A DNA stretch of 34,327 bases from an uncultured Clostridia bacterium (GTDB taxonomy: Bacteria; Bacillota; Clostridia; Christensenellales; UBA1242), in contig CALVOH010000003.1 of the NCBI GenBank assembly GCA_944350225.1, forward strand, positions 1 to 34,327, written 5' to 3'. A model generated the notes under the pieces. It had not been told where the DNA came from, did not search any database, and saw only the letters and a program-made list of their open reading frames with translations. The position numbers and the translations under genes are program-made. Shown here piece after piece: positions 8,695 through 18,721 of this stretch (positions are counted from its first letter, which is position 1; each line of letters starts with the position of its first letter).

Positions 8695-10116
8695 ATGGAA
8701 ATTACTAAACTTTCTGCAATAGAATTAAGAGATGAAATATTAAAAAGAAATCTTTCATGCTATGAAGTAGCAAAAGCATTTATTGACAATATAAAAAAAT
8801 ATGAGAGTTACAATGCTGTTTTGGAAATCTTTGATGACGCATTACAAAACGCAAAAGTAATGGACAAAAAAATTGCCGAAGGCTTTAATGGAAAACTCGC
8901 CGGCATGCCTGTTATAATAAAAGACAACATACTTTATCAAGACAAAATATGTAGCTGTGGTTCAAACTTTTTGAAAAACTATAAGGCAGAATACAATTCA
9001 ACTGTTGTAAAAAAATTAATTGATGAGGGAGCAATCATTCTTGGAAGAGCAAACATGGACGAATTTGCTATGGGTAGTTCAACAGAAAACTCCGCTTTTG
9101 GTATAACTCACAATCCTATCGCTTTTGACCGTGTGCCAGGTGGTTCGTCTGGCGGTAGCGCGTGTGCTGTTGCACTTGACATGTGCCCTATTTCTTTAGG
9201 CACAGAAACAGGAGGAAGTGTTAGACAACCAGCAAGCTATTGTGGTATTTACGGATTAAAACCTACCTATGGCAGAATTTCCAGATATGGAGTGGTCGCT
9301 TTTGCTAGTTCTCTTGACCAAGTCGGCATTTTTTCGAAAACGATTGAGGACAATGCTTTGATGTTAGAAGTTTTAGCTGGATATGACGAAAACGACGAAA
9401 CGAGCGCAAAAGTCAAAGTTGATAATTATACAAATCTTGATGATGCAATCAAGACAAAAATTGGTGTGCCTATTGAAATATTAAACATGACAAAAGGACT
9501 AGAATGCGAAAAGAACTTTAAAAACTTTATCGAATTTTTAAAACAACTAAATTTGGAAATTGTCCCTGTTTCAATTAAAAACATCGAGCTGGCATTAGCG
9601 ACTTATTATATTCTCGCTCCTGCTGAGGCGACAAGCAATTTGGCAAGATTTGATGGTGTAAAATACACTTCACGTAGCTTAGCTGCAAAAAACCTACAAG
9701 AGATTTACAAACAGAGCCGAAGCCAAGGTTTTGGCAAAGAAGTGAAAAGAAGAATTATGCTGGGAAACTATGTGCTGTCTTCTGGATATTATGATGCATA
9801 CTACAACAAAGCTAAAAGTGTGCAAGGATTGCTGATCGAACAATGCAATGAAGCTTTTAAAAAGTGTGATGTTTTAGTTATGCCTACAACTTTAGGCGAA
9901 GCTTACAAAATTGGAAGTAAACCTAGTGACCCTGTTGAAACCTACAAAGAAGATGTTTTCACGGTTACCGCAAATATCGTAGGCTCTCCTTCCCTTTCCA
10001 TACCTTTTGGGAAGGGCAAAAACAACTTACCTCTTGGAATACAACTATTTGGCAAAAAGTTTGATGAAAAAACGATTTACAGTTTAGCAAAATTTATACA
10101 AAACAACATAAAATAG
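8695..10116 (+). CDS. gatA: Asp/Glu-tRNA amidotransferase subunit A
   Basis: IKDNI, NMDEFAMGSS, PGGSSGGS, GGSVRQPA, SNLARFDG and EVKRRIMLG. Confidence 0.97.
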   Translation: MEITKLSAIELRDEILKRNLSCYEVAKAFIDNIKKYESYNAVLEIFDDALQNAKVMDKKIAEGFNGKLAGMPVIIKDNILYQDKICSCGSNFLKNYKAEYNSTVVKKLIDEGAIILGRANMDEFAMGSSTENSAFGITHNPIAFDRVPGGSSGGSACAVALDMCPISLGTETGGSVRQPASYCGIYGLKPTYGRISRYGVVAFASSLDQVGIFSKTIEDNALMLEVLAGYDENDETSAKVKVDNYTNLDDAIKTKIGVPIEILNMTKGLECEKNFKNFIEFLKQLNLEIVPVSIKNIELALATYYILAPAEATSNLARFDGVKYTSRSLAAKNLQEIYKQSRSQGFGKEVKRRIMLGNYVLSSGYYDAYYNKAKSVQGLLIEQCNEAFKKCDVLVMPTTLGEAYKIGSKPSDPVETYKEDVFTVTANIVGSPSLSIPFGKGKNNLPLGIQLFGKKFDEKTIYSLAKFIQNNIK

Positions 10117-10126
10117 GAGTCTTTTT

Positions 10127-11542
10127 ATGCAATATGACGTCATTATAGGTCTAGAAGTTCATGCAGAATTAAAAACGAAAAGCAAATGCTTTTGTTCGTG
10201 CAAAAACGAATATGGCTCATCACCAAACAGTAACTGTTGCCCGGTGTGTGTGGGCTTGCCTGGGGCTTTGCCTATCCTTAATAAATACGCCGTAGAACAA
10301 ACTATAAAGGCAGGGCTAGCACTTGGCTTTGAAATCAATAAAACTGCTATATTTGAACGAAAAAATTATTTTTATCCAGATCTCGCAAAAGCTTATCAAA
10401 TCAGCCAATTAGAAAAGCCTATTTGCATAAATGGACATTTAAAGGTTTTTGACAAGCAAATTCCAATTAATAGAATACACCTTGAGGAAGACGCGGGAAA
10501 GCTTGTACATGAAGGAAAGGAAACTTTTGTCGACTACAATCGTGGTGGTGTTCCACTTATCGAACTAGTAACGGACGCTTTAAAAGAACCTCATATGGAA
10601 ACAGCTGATGAGGCGATTGAGTTTTTAACTAAATTAAGACAAATTTACGTCTACGCTGGAATTGCAGACTGCGAACTAGAAAAAGGTCAAATGCGTGCAG
10701 ACGTAAACATTTCACTTAAACCAAAGGGTAGCGATAAATATGGTACAAAAGTTGAAATGAAAAATCTTATGGGTTTTAAATCTATTTATAGTGCTATAAA
10801 TTATGAAATTGCAAGACAAAAAGAAATTCTCGACGATGGTGGTGTGGTAGAACAAGAAACTCGAAAGTGGGATTTTGACAAAGGCGAAAGTTATACAATG
10901 CGCACAAAAGAAAACGCAGAAGATTACAGATATTTTCCTGATCCAGACTTGCTTGCTGTAAACATAAGCAATGAAGACATTGAAAGAATAAGAAAGCAGT
11001 TGCCTCCTCTTCCAGACGAGATTAAGGAAAAATATATCACACAATACGGGCTTAGCGAATATGACACAGACGTCATCTTGGCAGACAAGAAAATAGCAGA
11101 TTTCTATGAAGAATGCATTCTTGAATACGACAAGCCAAAAACAGTAGCAAACTGGTTTACAACCGAAATCCTTGCTAGAATCAAAGGAGGCGCTGGACTT
11201 GGCATCTCAAAAGAAAATCTCGTTTGGATTATACGTGCCGTTGACGATAAAAAAATTCAGCGTCTTACAGCAAAGGAATTTTTGGCTGACATCTGGAGCA
11301 AAAACGTCGATGCAGAAGCAGAAGCAAAAAAACGTGGAATAATGGCAGACTTATCTTCCGACTTTGTATTCAGCATTTTAGACAAGGTTTTACAAGAGAA
11401 AAATGAAGTCGTGACGCAATATAAAAACGAAAAAGATGAAAAGATTTTAAACTTTTTGGTAGGACAAGTCATGAAAGAAACAAAAGGCAAAGCCAATGCC
11501 CAAGAAGTTAAAGAAAAACTAAAAGAAAAATTAAGTGATTAA
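10127..11542 (+). CDS. gatB: Asp/Glu-tRNA amidotransferase subunit B
   Basis: IGLEVHAEL, RKNYFYPDL, HLEEDAGK, DYNRGGVPLIE and YRYFPDPDL. Confidence 0.97.
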   Translation: MQYDVIIGLEVHAELKTKSKCFCSCKNEYGSSPNSNCCPVCVGLPGALPILNKYAVEQTIKAGLALGFEINKTAIFERKNYFYPDLAKAYQISQLEKPICINGHLKVFDKQIPINRIHLEEDAGKLVHEGKETFVDYNRGGVPLIELVTDALKEPHMETADEAIEFLTKLRQIYVYAGIADCELEKGQMRADVNISLKPKGSDKYGTKVEMKNLMGFKSIYSAINYEIARQKEILDDGGVVEQETRKWDFDKGESYTMRTKENAEDYRYFPDPDLLAVNISNEDIERIRKQLPPLPDEIKEKYITQYGLSEYDTDVILADKKIADFYEECILEYDKPKTVANWFTTEILARIKGGAGLGISKENLVWIIRAVDDKKIQRLTAKEFLADIWSKNVDAEAEAKKRGIMADLSSDFVFSILDKVLQEKNEVVTQYKNEKDEKILNFLVGQVMKETKGKANAQEVKEKLKEKLSD

Positions 11543-11552
11543 GGAGAAAGTT

Positions 11553-13286
11553 ATGTATAGAAACATGATGCTTGATAAAGTTGATGAAAAGCTTATTGGC
11601 AAATCCGTCAAACTCGCTGGTTGGGTAAACACAATACGTGATCACGGTGGAATAGTTTTCATCGATCTTAGAGACAAAACAGGAGTCGTTCAGCTTAAAA
11701 CCAATGACGACAGCCTTCTCTCCTCTCTGACAAGAGAAAGCGTCATCAGCGTAACAGGAAAAGTCGTTTTGAGAAGTCATGACACAGTCAACCTCTCAAT
11801 CAAGTCTGGAAAAGTGGAAGTTGAAATCGACGATATGAGAGTTTTGTCTAAATCGAGAGCGATGTTGCCTTTTGATGTTAAGGACAGTATGAAAACAAAT
11901 GAAGAAGTCCGTTTAAAATATCGTTATCTTGATTTAAGAAACGACAAAATGCAGTCGATGTTAAAACTAAGAGCAGACGTTGCTTTTGACACACGGCTGA
12001 TTATGAGAGAACTTGGATTTACAGAAGTCGCAACACCTATTTTAACCGTTCCAAGTCCAGAAGGCGCACGCGATTATCTAGTTCCTAGTCGTGTTCATAA
12101 AGGAAAGTTTTACGCACTACCACAAGCCCCTCAGCAATTTAAACAACTTTTAATGTGCGGTGGCGTTGACAAATACTTTCAAATAGCTCCTTGCTTTCGA
12201 GATGAAGACCCAAGAGCTGATAGATTGACTGGCGACTTTTATCAAATAGACATGGAAATGAGTTTTGCTACACAAGATGATGTTTTGTCCACCGTTGAAA
12301 CTTTGGTAGAAAAATTATTCTCTAAACACAGCAAATTCCCTTTTAATAAAGGGCCATTTAAAAGATATGCTTACAAAGAAGCGATGACAAAGTTCGGAAC
12401 AGACAAGCCTGATTTAAGAAACCCAATTGTTATGGTGGGGCTTGAAGACGTCTTTGCAAACACAACCTTTTCAGCTTTTAAAAATCGAACCGTAGAAGGC
12501 TTTTCCGTAAACGCTAGCGCACAACCTCGTAGCTTTTTTGATAGACTCCAAAAGCTTATGCTTGATGAGGGCGCTGAGGGACTTGCATGGGTTAGAGTTC
12601 AAGAAGATGGAACTCTTAAAGGACCTATCGTTAAATTTATCTCGAAAGACGAATGCGACAACTTGATCAAAAAAACAAATGCCAAAATTGGTGATGACAT
12701 CTTTGTCATTGCAGACGCAAATCCAAAAACTTGTTACAAACTTGCAGGAATGCTTCGCAATGAGGTTGGCGAGAAACTCAATCTAATTGACAAAAATAGA
12801 ATAGAGTTTTGTTGGATAGTAGATTTTCCAATGTTCGAACTAAGCGACGAAGGTAAAATAGAATTTTGCCACAACCCATTCAATATGCCAAAAGCAACAT
12901 TGGAAGATTTGAAAACAAAAGATCCATTGACTATTGAGGCATATCAATACGATCTGGTCGCAAATGGATATGAAGTGGCATCAGGCGCAGTTAGAAACAC
13001 AGATAAAGACGTCATGATCAAACTCTTCGAAATCGTCGGATATGGCGAAGAAGAAATTCAAAGACGGTTTGGCGCACTTTACACCGCGTTTCAATACGGC
13101 GCACCTCCTCATGCAGGTGTTGCGCCTGGATTTGAAAGACTGCTTATGCTTATGCTTGGAATAACAAACATACGCGACGTAGTGCCTTTCCCTATGAATA
13201 GCAGAGCGCAAGATTTGCTTATGGGTGGTCCAATCGAAGCAGATGAAAAACAACTTCGTGAACTGCATATAAAATTAAGGCAATAA
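11553..13286 (+). CDS. aspS: Aspartyl-tRNA synthetase, probably non-discriminating (Asp/Asn)
   Basis: RDHGG (this His is typical of ND-AspRS), RLKYRYLDLR, PEGARDY, ALPQAPQ, CFRDED and YGAPPHAG. It is co-operonic with gatCAB. The AAGGAG RBS favours ATG 11553. Confidence 0.95.
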   Translation: MYRNMMLDKVDEKLIGKSVKLAGWVNTIRDHGGIVFIDLRDKTGVVQLKTNDDSLLSSLTRESVISVTGKVVLRSHDTVNLSIKSGKVEVEIDDMRVLSKSRAMLPFDVKDSMKTNEEVRLKYRYLDLRNDKMQSMLKLRADVAFDTRLIMRELGFTEVATPILTVPSPEGARDYLVPSRVHKGKFYALPQAPQQFKQLLMCGGVDKYFQIAPCFRDEDPRADRLTGDFYQIDMEMSFATQDDVLSTVETLVEKLFSKHSKFPFNKGPFKRYAYKEAMTKFGTDKPDLRNPIVMVGLEDVFANTTFSAFKNRTVEGFSVNASAQPRSFFDRLQKLMLDEGAEGLAWVRVQEDGTLKGPIVKFISKDECDNLIKKTNAKIGDDIFVIADANPKTCYKLAGMLRNEVGEKLNLIDKNRIEFCWIVDFPMFELSDEGKIEFCHNPFNMPKATLEDLKTKDPLTIEAYQYDLVANGYEVASGAVRNTDKDVMIKLFEIVGYGEEEIQRRFGALYTAFQYGAPPHAGVAPGFERLLMLMLGITNIRDVVPFPMNSRAQDLLMGGPIEADEKQLRELHIKLRQ

Positions 13287-13300
13287 ATAATTTTGTTTAT

Positions 13301-13332
13301 AAAAAGAAAGTCAAACAGACTTTCTTTTTTTT
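13301..13332 (+). terminator. Intrinsic terminator of gatCAB-aspS
   Basis: AAAAAGAAAGTC-aaaca-GACTTTCTTTTT followed by more T. Confidence 0.85.
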
Positions 13333-13461
13333 GTTTGAAAAGCTAATTTTATCACAAATATAATTTTTATCTTGAATGCTTTTTATTTCCTACAATCTTT
13401 ATTTTTAATTATTGCATATGCTACGCTTGACAAAAACATAAAAATTTTTCATACTAATCAT

Positions 13462-14052
13462 ATGAATAGTTTTTTACTCGCTTTAGCAATGATTTTTACC
13501 TTTTCGAGTAACTTTGTTGCGGGACAAAGTGTTTTTGTTATACCAAACAACGCCTCATTATATAGTGAGCCAAATTTTCAAAGCGAAGTGCTAATAGAAC
13601 TAGAAAAAGGCACAAATCTTGAAATACTGACGGAAGAGGAAAACGGATTTTTGTATGTTAATTATAATAATACACAAGGATATATTTATTACGAATTTGT
13701 TGGAAAAACCTTAGATGAACAAGAAAAGGTTTTGTCTTATAATGCTACCGTATTGAACAACACAACTGTCTATTCCCTAACATCAAATGAAAAAATATGT
13801 GATTTGGAAAAAGGAAAAAGGGTTTTCCTATATCAAGGTTATGACAAAGACAAAGATATGCTTGCTGTTCAATTTGAAAATGAGGGAGAGATCTTGTTCG
13901 GTTTAATTCGTATTGAAGACGTTAAGCCAGACGGTGTAAACACAGCACTTATAGTCGCCATATCTGCAATAGTAGCTGTCGTAAGCATAATAATAATACT
14001 ACTAGGAATAACAAATAAAAAACGGCACAAAAAGTTGAAAAAGCAGACTTGA
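13462..14052 (+). CDS. Exported SH3b-domain protein with a C-terminal TM anchor
   Basis: Signal peptide; ASLYSEP...LEKGTNLEIL...GYI is SH3b-like and occurs twice; the hydrophobic tail is followed by basic residues. The start follows TTGACA-17-CATACT-6-ATG. Confidence 0.75.
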   Translation: MNSFLLALAMIFTFSSNFVAGQSVFVIPNNASLYSEPNFQSEVLIELEKGTNLEILTEEENGFLYVNYNNTQGYIYYEFVGKTLDEQEKVLSYNATVLNNTTVYSLTSNEKICDLEKGKRVFLYQGYDKDKDMLAVQFENEGEILFGLIRIEDVKPDGVNTALIVAISAIVAVVSIIIILLGITNKKRHKKLKKQT

Positions 14053-14058
14053 CATGCT

Positions 14059-14087
14059 AAACTCCTCTCAAAAAAGGAGTTTTTTTT
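14059..14087 (+). terminator. Terminator-like hairpin whose 3' arm is the next gene's SD
   Basis: AAACTCCT-8 nt-AGGAGTTT and a T run directly before ATG 14088. Confidence 0.65.
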
Positions 14088-14681
14088 ATGAATGAAATTG
14101 ACAAACTGAAAGAGGAAACCGAAAAGATAAGAAGAGACCTTTGGGCCTTGTCGAATAGATCCAGCACTGGTTCTTCTACTGCTGGACTAGAACAATTAGA
14201 AACGAAAATTACCTCAATTGAAAATGCACTATCAAATTTTAACTCTCGCCTTACATTCGTCGAAAACAAAACAAAAGATCCTGTAAAAACAATCATTTTT
14301 GACATGAATAGTGATGACAGCTCATTAAATTATGGCTTTACAAATGGAATGGTCCCAGAACAATCTATTGCAAGAGAAGATTTGTCAAGTTTTAAATATT
14401 TTAAATTTTATATAGTCAGTGGCGAAAGTGAATGCGTTTTAAAGGTAGATTTACCATCGGCCGACGCACAACCTTACAGCATTAATCACACATTTGCCCA
14501 AAACTCTCGAGGCTTTTTAACTGTTTTTATAGAATTTTCCGCAGATTTAAGCACTATCACCTTCACTGATATGGTCTATCTTTTATATGCAGGAAATTCC
14601 GGGACACCTGCTACGATCGTATGGAACGACACTACCTTATCGTCATACGGTCATATAAAAAAAATAGAAGCTTTTTCGTAA
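14088..14681 (+). CDS. Hypothetical protein (N-terminal coiled coil, beta-rich C-terminus)
   Basis: 197-aa ORF with an AAGGAG RBS and a heptad-like segment LEQLETKITSIENALSNF. Confidence 0.75.
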   Translation: MNEIDKLKEETEKIRRDLWALSNRSSTGSSTAGLEQLETKITSIENALSNFNSRLTFVENKTKDPVKTIIFDMNSDDSSLNYGFTNGMVPEQSIAREDLSSFKYFKFYIVSGESECVLKVDLPSADAQPYSINHTFAQNSRGFLTVFIEFSADLSTITFTDMVYLLYAGNSGTPATIVWNDTTLSSYGHIKKIEAFS

Positions 14682-14706
14682 TCAATAAAAAAATGACCTT
14701 GATTTA

Positions 14707-15012
14707 TTACAAGGTCATTGTTCCACTCGCAAATAAATAAATTAAATAGGTTAAAAATCCTAAGGCGAAAATCACTGCAAATGCTTTAACGGCACCAGAC
14801 CACGCTCTTGAATATTTTGTAGCAAATGGTCGCGACGATGTAAAAAGAATTGCAGAACCTAATCCTAAAATCGCCAAGACTGCCATATTTATGTTTATTA
14901 AATCCAAAAAATACAAAATCAACATTGCAACAAGCGTGGCAGACAAAACAATCCCCAATATTTGTGATAATTGAACATCTTCTTTTTCGTTTTTTGTGTA
15001 ATCCATTCTCAT
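14707..15012 (-). CDS. Small 3-TM membrane protein
   Basis: Three hydrophobic segments. A perfect TTGACA-17-TATAAT promoter lies 6 nt before the ATG. Confidence 0.8.
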   Translation of the reverse strand: MRMDYTKNEKEDVQLSQILGIVLSATLVAMLILYFLDLININMAVLAILGLGSAILFTSSRPFATKYSRAWSGAVKAFAVIFALGFLTYLIYLFASGTMTL

Positions 15013-15052
15013 ATTAAAATTATAAAATTTTTAGACCATCATGTCAACTGTT

Positions 15053-15823
15053 TTAGCCTTCCATAATCATTTTATCAGCAATAAGAGCTATAAGTTCGCC
15101 ATTTGTTGGCTTTTCATTACTGTTATATATTTTTAATCCGAAAAGTGCATTTATATTTTCTATTTTGCCTCTATTCCAAGCGACTTCAATCGCGTGTCGC
15201 ATACCTCTTTCCACTTTTGATGAGCTTGTTTCAAATCTTTCTGCAATTGTAGGATACAATTGTTTTGTGATTGATCCTATTATTTCAGGTTTTTCAACTG
15301 CAAGTTTAACAGCTTCTCTCAAAAACTGATACCCCTTTATATGAGCAGGAATTCCAATGCTTATAAAAATATTTGAAATTTTCTCGTCTAGTTGTTTGCT
15401 TGCTTTCATAGACAAAACAGAGTTGTTTTTATGGCTGTCCAACAAATCAAACATTCTTTCTTCCAACACCTCTGGTGCGACAGGCTTTACCATAAAATAA
15501 CTTGCGCCTTCATCCATCGCCTTTGTTACAAAGCCACTATGAGACAAGTTTGTAACAAAAATTACCTTCGGAATCTTTTCGTGCATCTCTTCTTTTAACT
15601 TTTCCAAAACGACAAAGCCGTCTATCCCACTTAACATAACCTCAATAATCAAAAAATCAGGTTTAAGTAAAGGCACATCTTTGACGACCTCATCGCCGTT
15701 TGGGCTAACACCCACAAGCGCAAATTTTTCGCTTTGGCGAAAATATGTTACAATCGAGTTTCCATCAGCTTTGTCTGCAACATAAACTCGAATTTTTCCT
15801 TTGTGAATCGGCAGATTTTCCAT
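15053..15823 (-). CDS. spo0A: Sporulation master regulator Spo0A with an atypical receiver domain
   Basis: Spo0A_C motifs IPAHIKGYQFLREA, ITKQLYPTIA, VERGMRHAIEVAWNRG and KPTNGELIALIADK. The N-terminal REC domain has Glu at the phosphoacceptor position. Confidence 0.94.
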   Translation of the reverse strand: MENLPIHKGKIRVYVADKADGNSIVTYFRQSEKFALVGVSPNGDEVVKDVPLLKPDFLIIEVMLSGIDGFVVLEKLKEEMHEKIPKVIFVTNLSHSGFVTKAMDEGASYFMVKPVAPEVLEERMFDLLDSHKNNSVLSMKASKQLDEKISNIFISIGIPAHIKGYQFLREAVKLAVEKPEIIGSITKQLYPTIAERFETSSSKVERGMRHAIEVAWNRGKIENINALFGLKIYNSNEKPTNGELIALIADKMIMEG

Positions 15824-15912
15824 AATTTCTCACTCCTTTTATATAATATTTTGAAAAATCATAAATTTCACTTGTTTTGTGAAACATATTTAAATTATCA
15901 CAAAAAGCCGAC

Positions 15913-15948
15913 AAAAAAAAGAATAACTCGCATCAAATAATGCGAGTT
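15913..15948 (-). terminator. Intrinsic terminator after the lipoprotein gene
   Basis: AACTCGCAT/ATGCGAGTT stem at 15925-15948, followed on the minus strand by attc and a T run. Confidence 0.6.
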
Positions 15949-15949
15949 G

Positions 15950-15966
15950 TGTCTAATTTTGTTGAA
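15950..15966. promoter_or_regulatory. Tandem 0A-box-like sites upstream of spo0A
   Basis: TGTCTAA-ttt-TGTTGAA: each has one mismatch to TGNCGAA, with a 3-bp spacer. Confidence 0.55.
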
Positions 15967-16023
15967 ACCTGATTATGCCTTTTTTTTACCTAAAAAAGCT
16001 TAAAATTTGTTGATTACAAAATA

Positions 16024-17400
16024 CTAATTAATTGTCTTTCCTAGGAGTTTAGGATTTGTTTGCGCAGTAAATGAAACTTGATATAAATAATAGTTAGCAT
16101 CAGTTTGCTCTTCTTCGCTCACCTCAGCCTCTTCGCTTTGATCATAAACTCGTTGAGCATAAAAATAAACATTTTTCAAGTTGCCGCTCTCATGAATTTC
16201 ATACCCTGCTTTGTCGCTTATAACAGTCATGCCGTCGACAAGAACTTTTATTTCTTCTGGTTCTAAAACACTTAAATATGATATTCCGTCTTCTGTGGAG
16301 AAAAATACTAGGTCATTATTCACAAACAGCACCGAATTGTATTCTCCACTTGCCAACAATCTTATAGGCTCGCTTGAATTATCTGCTTTATAAAATAGTT
16401 GTGCTTCTCCTGAAAGTGAGGACTCAAATATATATCCATTAAAACTGCTAGCTGTTTTGCATTCTATTCTAAATATATTGTCTATTTGGGCTGAATAAAA
16501 TGGTTTTTCTAGTGCTGAAAGGAAACTGGTCGTAGCAAGTTTTTGTGTGTTTAGTTTGTATGTGTTTGAAACACCTGTAATTTCATTTAATCTTGTAAGA
16601 AAAAGTTCGTTTCCTTCTCTTCCTGTAAACGTGATCGTGTTGTTTATTGTGCTACTAATTGATCGCGATTGCTTTGAAGCCAAATCAAATTCAAAAACTT
16701 CATTCCCTGATTGCCCGAACTCGTTCTCTTTGTCTTGTGTATAATATAGCTTTCCATCAAATTCGTCGTTTTCCTTAGGCAAAGCGACGCTTGTTGCAGA
16801 AGCAGAGATTTCAATCTTTTCATCGTTAGCCAAATTGATTACATTTAAAGCTGTTCCATCGTAGATTATAAAATAACTTTCCCCATCGAATTGAACTGCT
16901 CTAAATTGAGCTTTCTCGCTGTCAAAAGAATTCGTCGTCATAATTTCTTTGGTATCTTTCCCGTTCAGCCTGGTTTTAAAAACAGAAACATAAGTGAAAA
17001 CATATTCATTAAACTTTGTTTTATGTTTGTTTGGACTAGTGTAATAAACAAAATCTCCAAGCACAAAACTATACATGTTTTCATATCCCAAAACTTCGCT
17101 ATTTAACTTGTTTACATTTTCAGGTGAAGAGTATTGTTGTGTTTCTTCGTTAAGGTCGAGTCTTGCGAGATATGAATATTCAGCACCTGCATTAAACTCG
17201 TCCATCGATGTTATATCAGAGTTGACATAACCATTTGCATAAAAAATATTGTCGTCCACCACCGACACTATGCCACCATTATAAAGTATTTGCCCACTTT
17301 TACTGTTTGGAATACCACTAGAACTTGAACAAGCCACAAGAGATATTGAAAAAAATCCAACAAGCAACAAAAGTGAAAATATCTTAATTAATTTTTTCAT
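16024..17400 (-). CDS. Lipoprotein, probable beta-propeller (DUF5050-like)
   Basis: Lipobox LVAC, repeated 'D.IFY/VYY/LYY/VFF' blade-like motifs and a GGAG RBS. Confidence 0.75.
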   Translation of the reverse strand: MKKLIKIFSLLLLVGFFSISLVACSSSSGIPNSKSGQILYNGGIVSVVDDNIFYANGYVNSDITSMDEFNAGAEYSYLARLDLNEETQQYSSPENVNKLNSEVLGYENMYSFVLGDFVYYTSPNKHKTKFNEYVFTYVSVFKTRLNGKDTKEIMTTNSFDSEKAQFRAVQFDGESYFIIYDGTALNVINLANDEKIEISASATSVALPKENDEFDGKLYYTQDKENEFGQSGNEVFEFDLASKQSRSISSTINNTITFTGREGNELFLTRLNEITGVSNTYKLNTQKLATTSFLSALEKPFYSAQIDNIFRIECKTASSFNGYIFESSLSGEAQLFYKADNSSEPIRLLASGEYNSVLFVNNDLVFFSTEDGISYLSVLEPEEIKVLVDGMTVISDKAGYEIHESGNLKNVYFYAQRVYDQSEEAEVSEEEQTDANYYLYQVSFTAQTNPKLLGKTIN

Positions 17401-17482
17401 CTACTCTCCATTAATAAGTCATATTGTGATTAAGTCTATCATTTTTTTTCTTTTATGTCAATTATTTACAAGTTATTTGCTT

Positions 17483-18181
17483 TTAAACGTCAATTTTGAC
17501 CAGTTGATTATCCACCATGTCACAGGATGTGAGATAAAAATTGATTCCATCTAATTTAAATTGATTTTTTTTTCGCTTAACGCCGTGGATATGCCCGAAC
17601 ACGACCGAATCAACCTGAGCTTCTTTCAAAAGCTTTGTAAATTCGCTTTCCTCTTTTTTAAAATTGCATGGCGGATAATGCATCATACAAATTATTTTTT
17701 CGTTGTTCGTTTGCAACTTTTTAGCACTAGCTAAGGTCAATTCCAATCTTATTAGTTCACGTTTAAATATCTTTTCGTCTTCTTCCGATGCAAACTCACC
17801 ATTTTCAGAAACAGTCCAACCTCTCGTGCCACATATGATTACGTCTTCAAATTTTATTGCGTCATTTTGTATGGCAAAAATGTTTTTTGGTAGCATTGCT
17901 CGAACAGCCGAAATCGAAGACCACCAAAAATCATGGTTTCCACGAATTATTATTTTTTTTCCTGGCAAGTCTTTAATCAAATCAAAGTCAGCTTTCGCTT
18001 CTCCCAATTTCATAGCCCAAGAAAAATCGCCTGCAAGCAAAACTAAATCTTCTTCTTTTACTTTCGCGCGCCAATCTTCAAATATTTTTTCTTCATAGCC
18101 TTCCCATGTAGGCCCAAAAATGTTCATCGGTTTTGGATTGTTTATCGACAAGTGTAAATCGCTAATTGCAAAAACTTTCAT
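17483..18181 (-). CDS. Calcineurin-like metallophosphoesterase
   Basis: SDLH, AGD, GNHD, HYPP and GHIH motifs. Confidence 0.92.
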   Translation of the reverse strand: MKVFAISDLHLSINNPKPMNIFGPTWEGYEEKIFEDWRAKVKEEDLVLLAGDFSWAMKLGEAKADFDLIKDLPGKKIIIRGNHDFWWSSISAVRAMLPKNIFAIQNDAIKFEDVIICGTRGWTVSENGEFASEEDEKIFKRELIRLELTLASAKKLQTNNEKIICMMHYPPCNFKKEESEFTKLLKEAQVDSVVFGHIHGVKRKKNQFKLDGINFYLTSCDMVDNQLVKIDV

Positions 18182-18603
18182 TAAATTTCCTTCAACACTT
18201 CACCGACAACTTTCATGTCGCAAGCGCCCTGATAATTTTGTTTAAAATATTTCATCACCGTAGGCACACTTTTATCTGGCAAGGTTAAAATGATGTCTTT
18301 TATTTCTTCACGAGTAAGCATTTTTGGCAAATATTTTTCTACAAGCAAAATCTGTTGTGAAATTTTTTCTGCCATCTCTTTATTGCCCACTTTGATATAA
18401 TTGTCTCTCTCTTCACAAAGCTCTTTACTCGTTTTTTGAAGAAGGTGCGATGCGTCGCCATCTGTAAGTTGTAAACCTGCTTGTCTTTTGTTTATTTCTT
18501 CAAGTTTTAACTTATTTAAAAGCACACTATAAAGAGCTCTTGCCGTTTGATCTTTGGTTTTAATAGCCTCCACATTTGCCTTTTTGATTTGATCAATAAT
18601 CAT
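18181..18603 (-). CDS. GatB/YqeY domain protein
   Basis: EAIKTKD, KYLPKMLTREEI and VMK motifs, typical length, and an AGGAGG RBS. Confidence 0.88.
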   Translation of the reverse strand: MIIDQIKKANVEAIKTKDQTARALYSVLLNKLKLEEINKRQAGLQLTDGDASHLLQKTSKELCEERDNYIKVGNKEMAEKISQQILLVEKYLPKMLTREEIKDIILTLPDKSVPTVMKYFKQNYQGACDMKVVGEVLKEI

Positions 18604-18673
18604 AAAACCTCCTTAAGTCAATATAAATTATACAAAATTTGTTAGAATTTTCAAAGCAATTACTCGAAATCTA

Positions 18674-18703
18674 TTGACATTTGATTGAAAAATTATATAT
18701 AAT
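18674..18703 (+). promoter_or_regulatory. SigA promoter of tRNA-Met
   Basis: TTGACA-18 bp-TATAAT. Confidence 0.75.
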
Positions 18704-18721
18704 TAAATCACACTTAAATTT

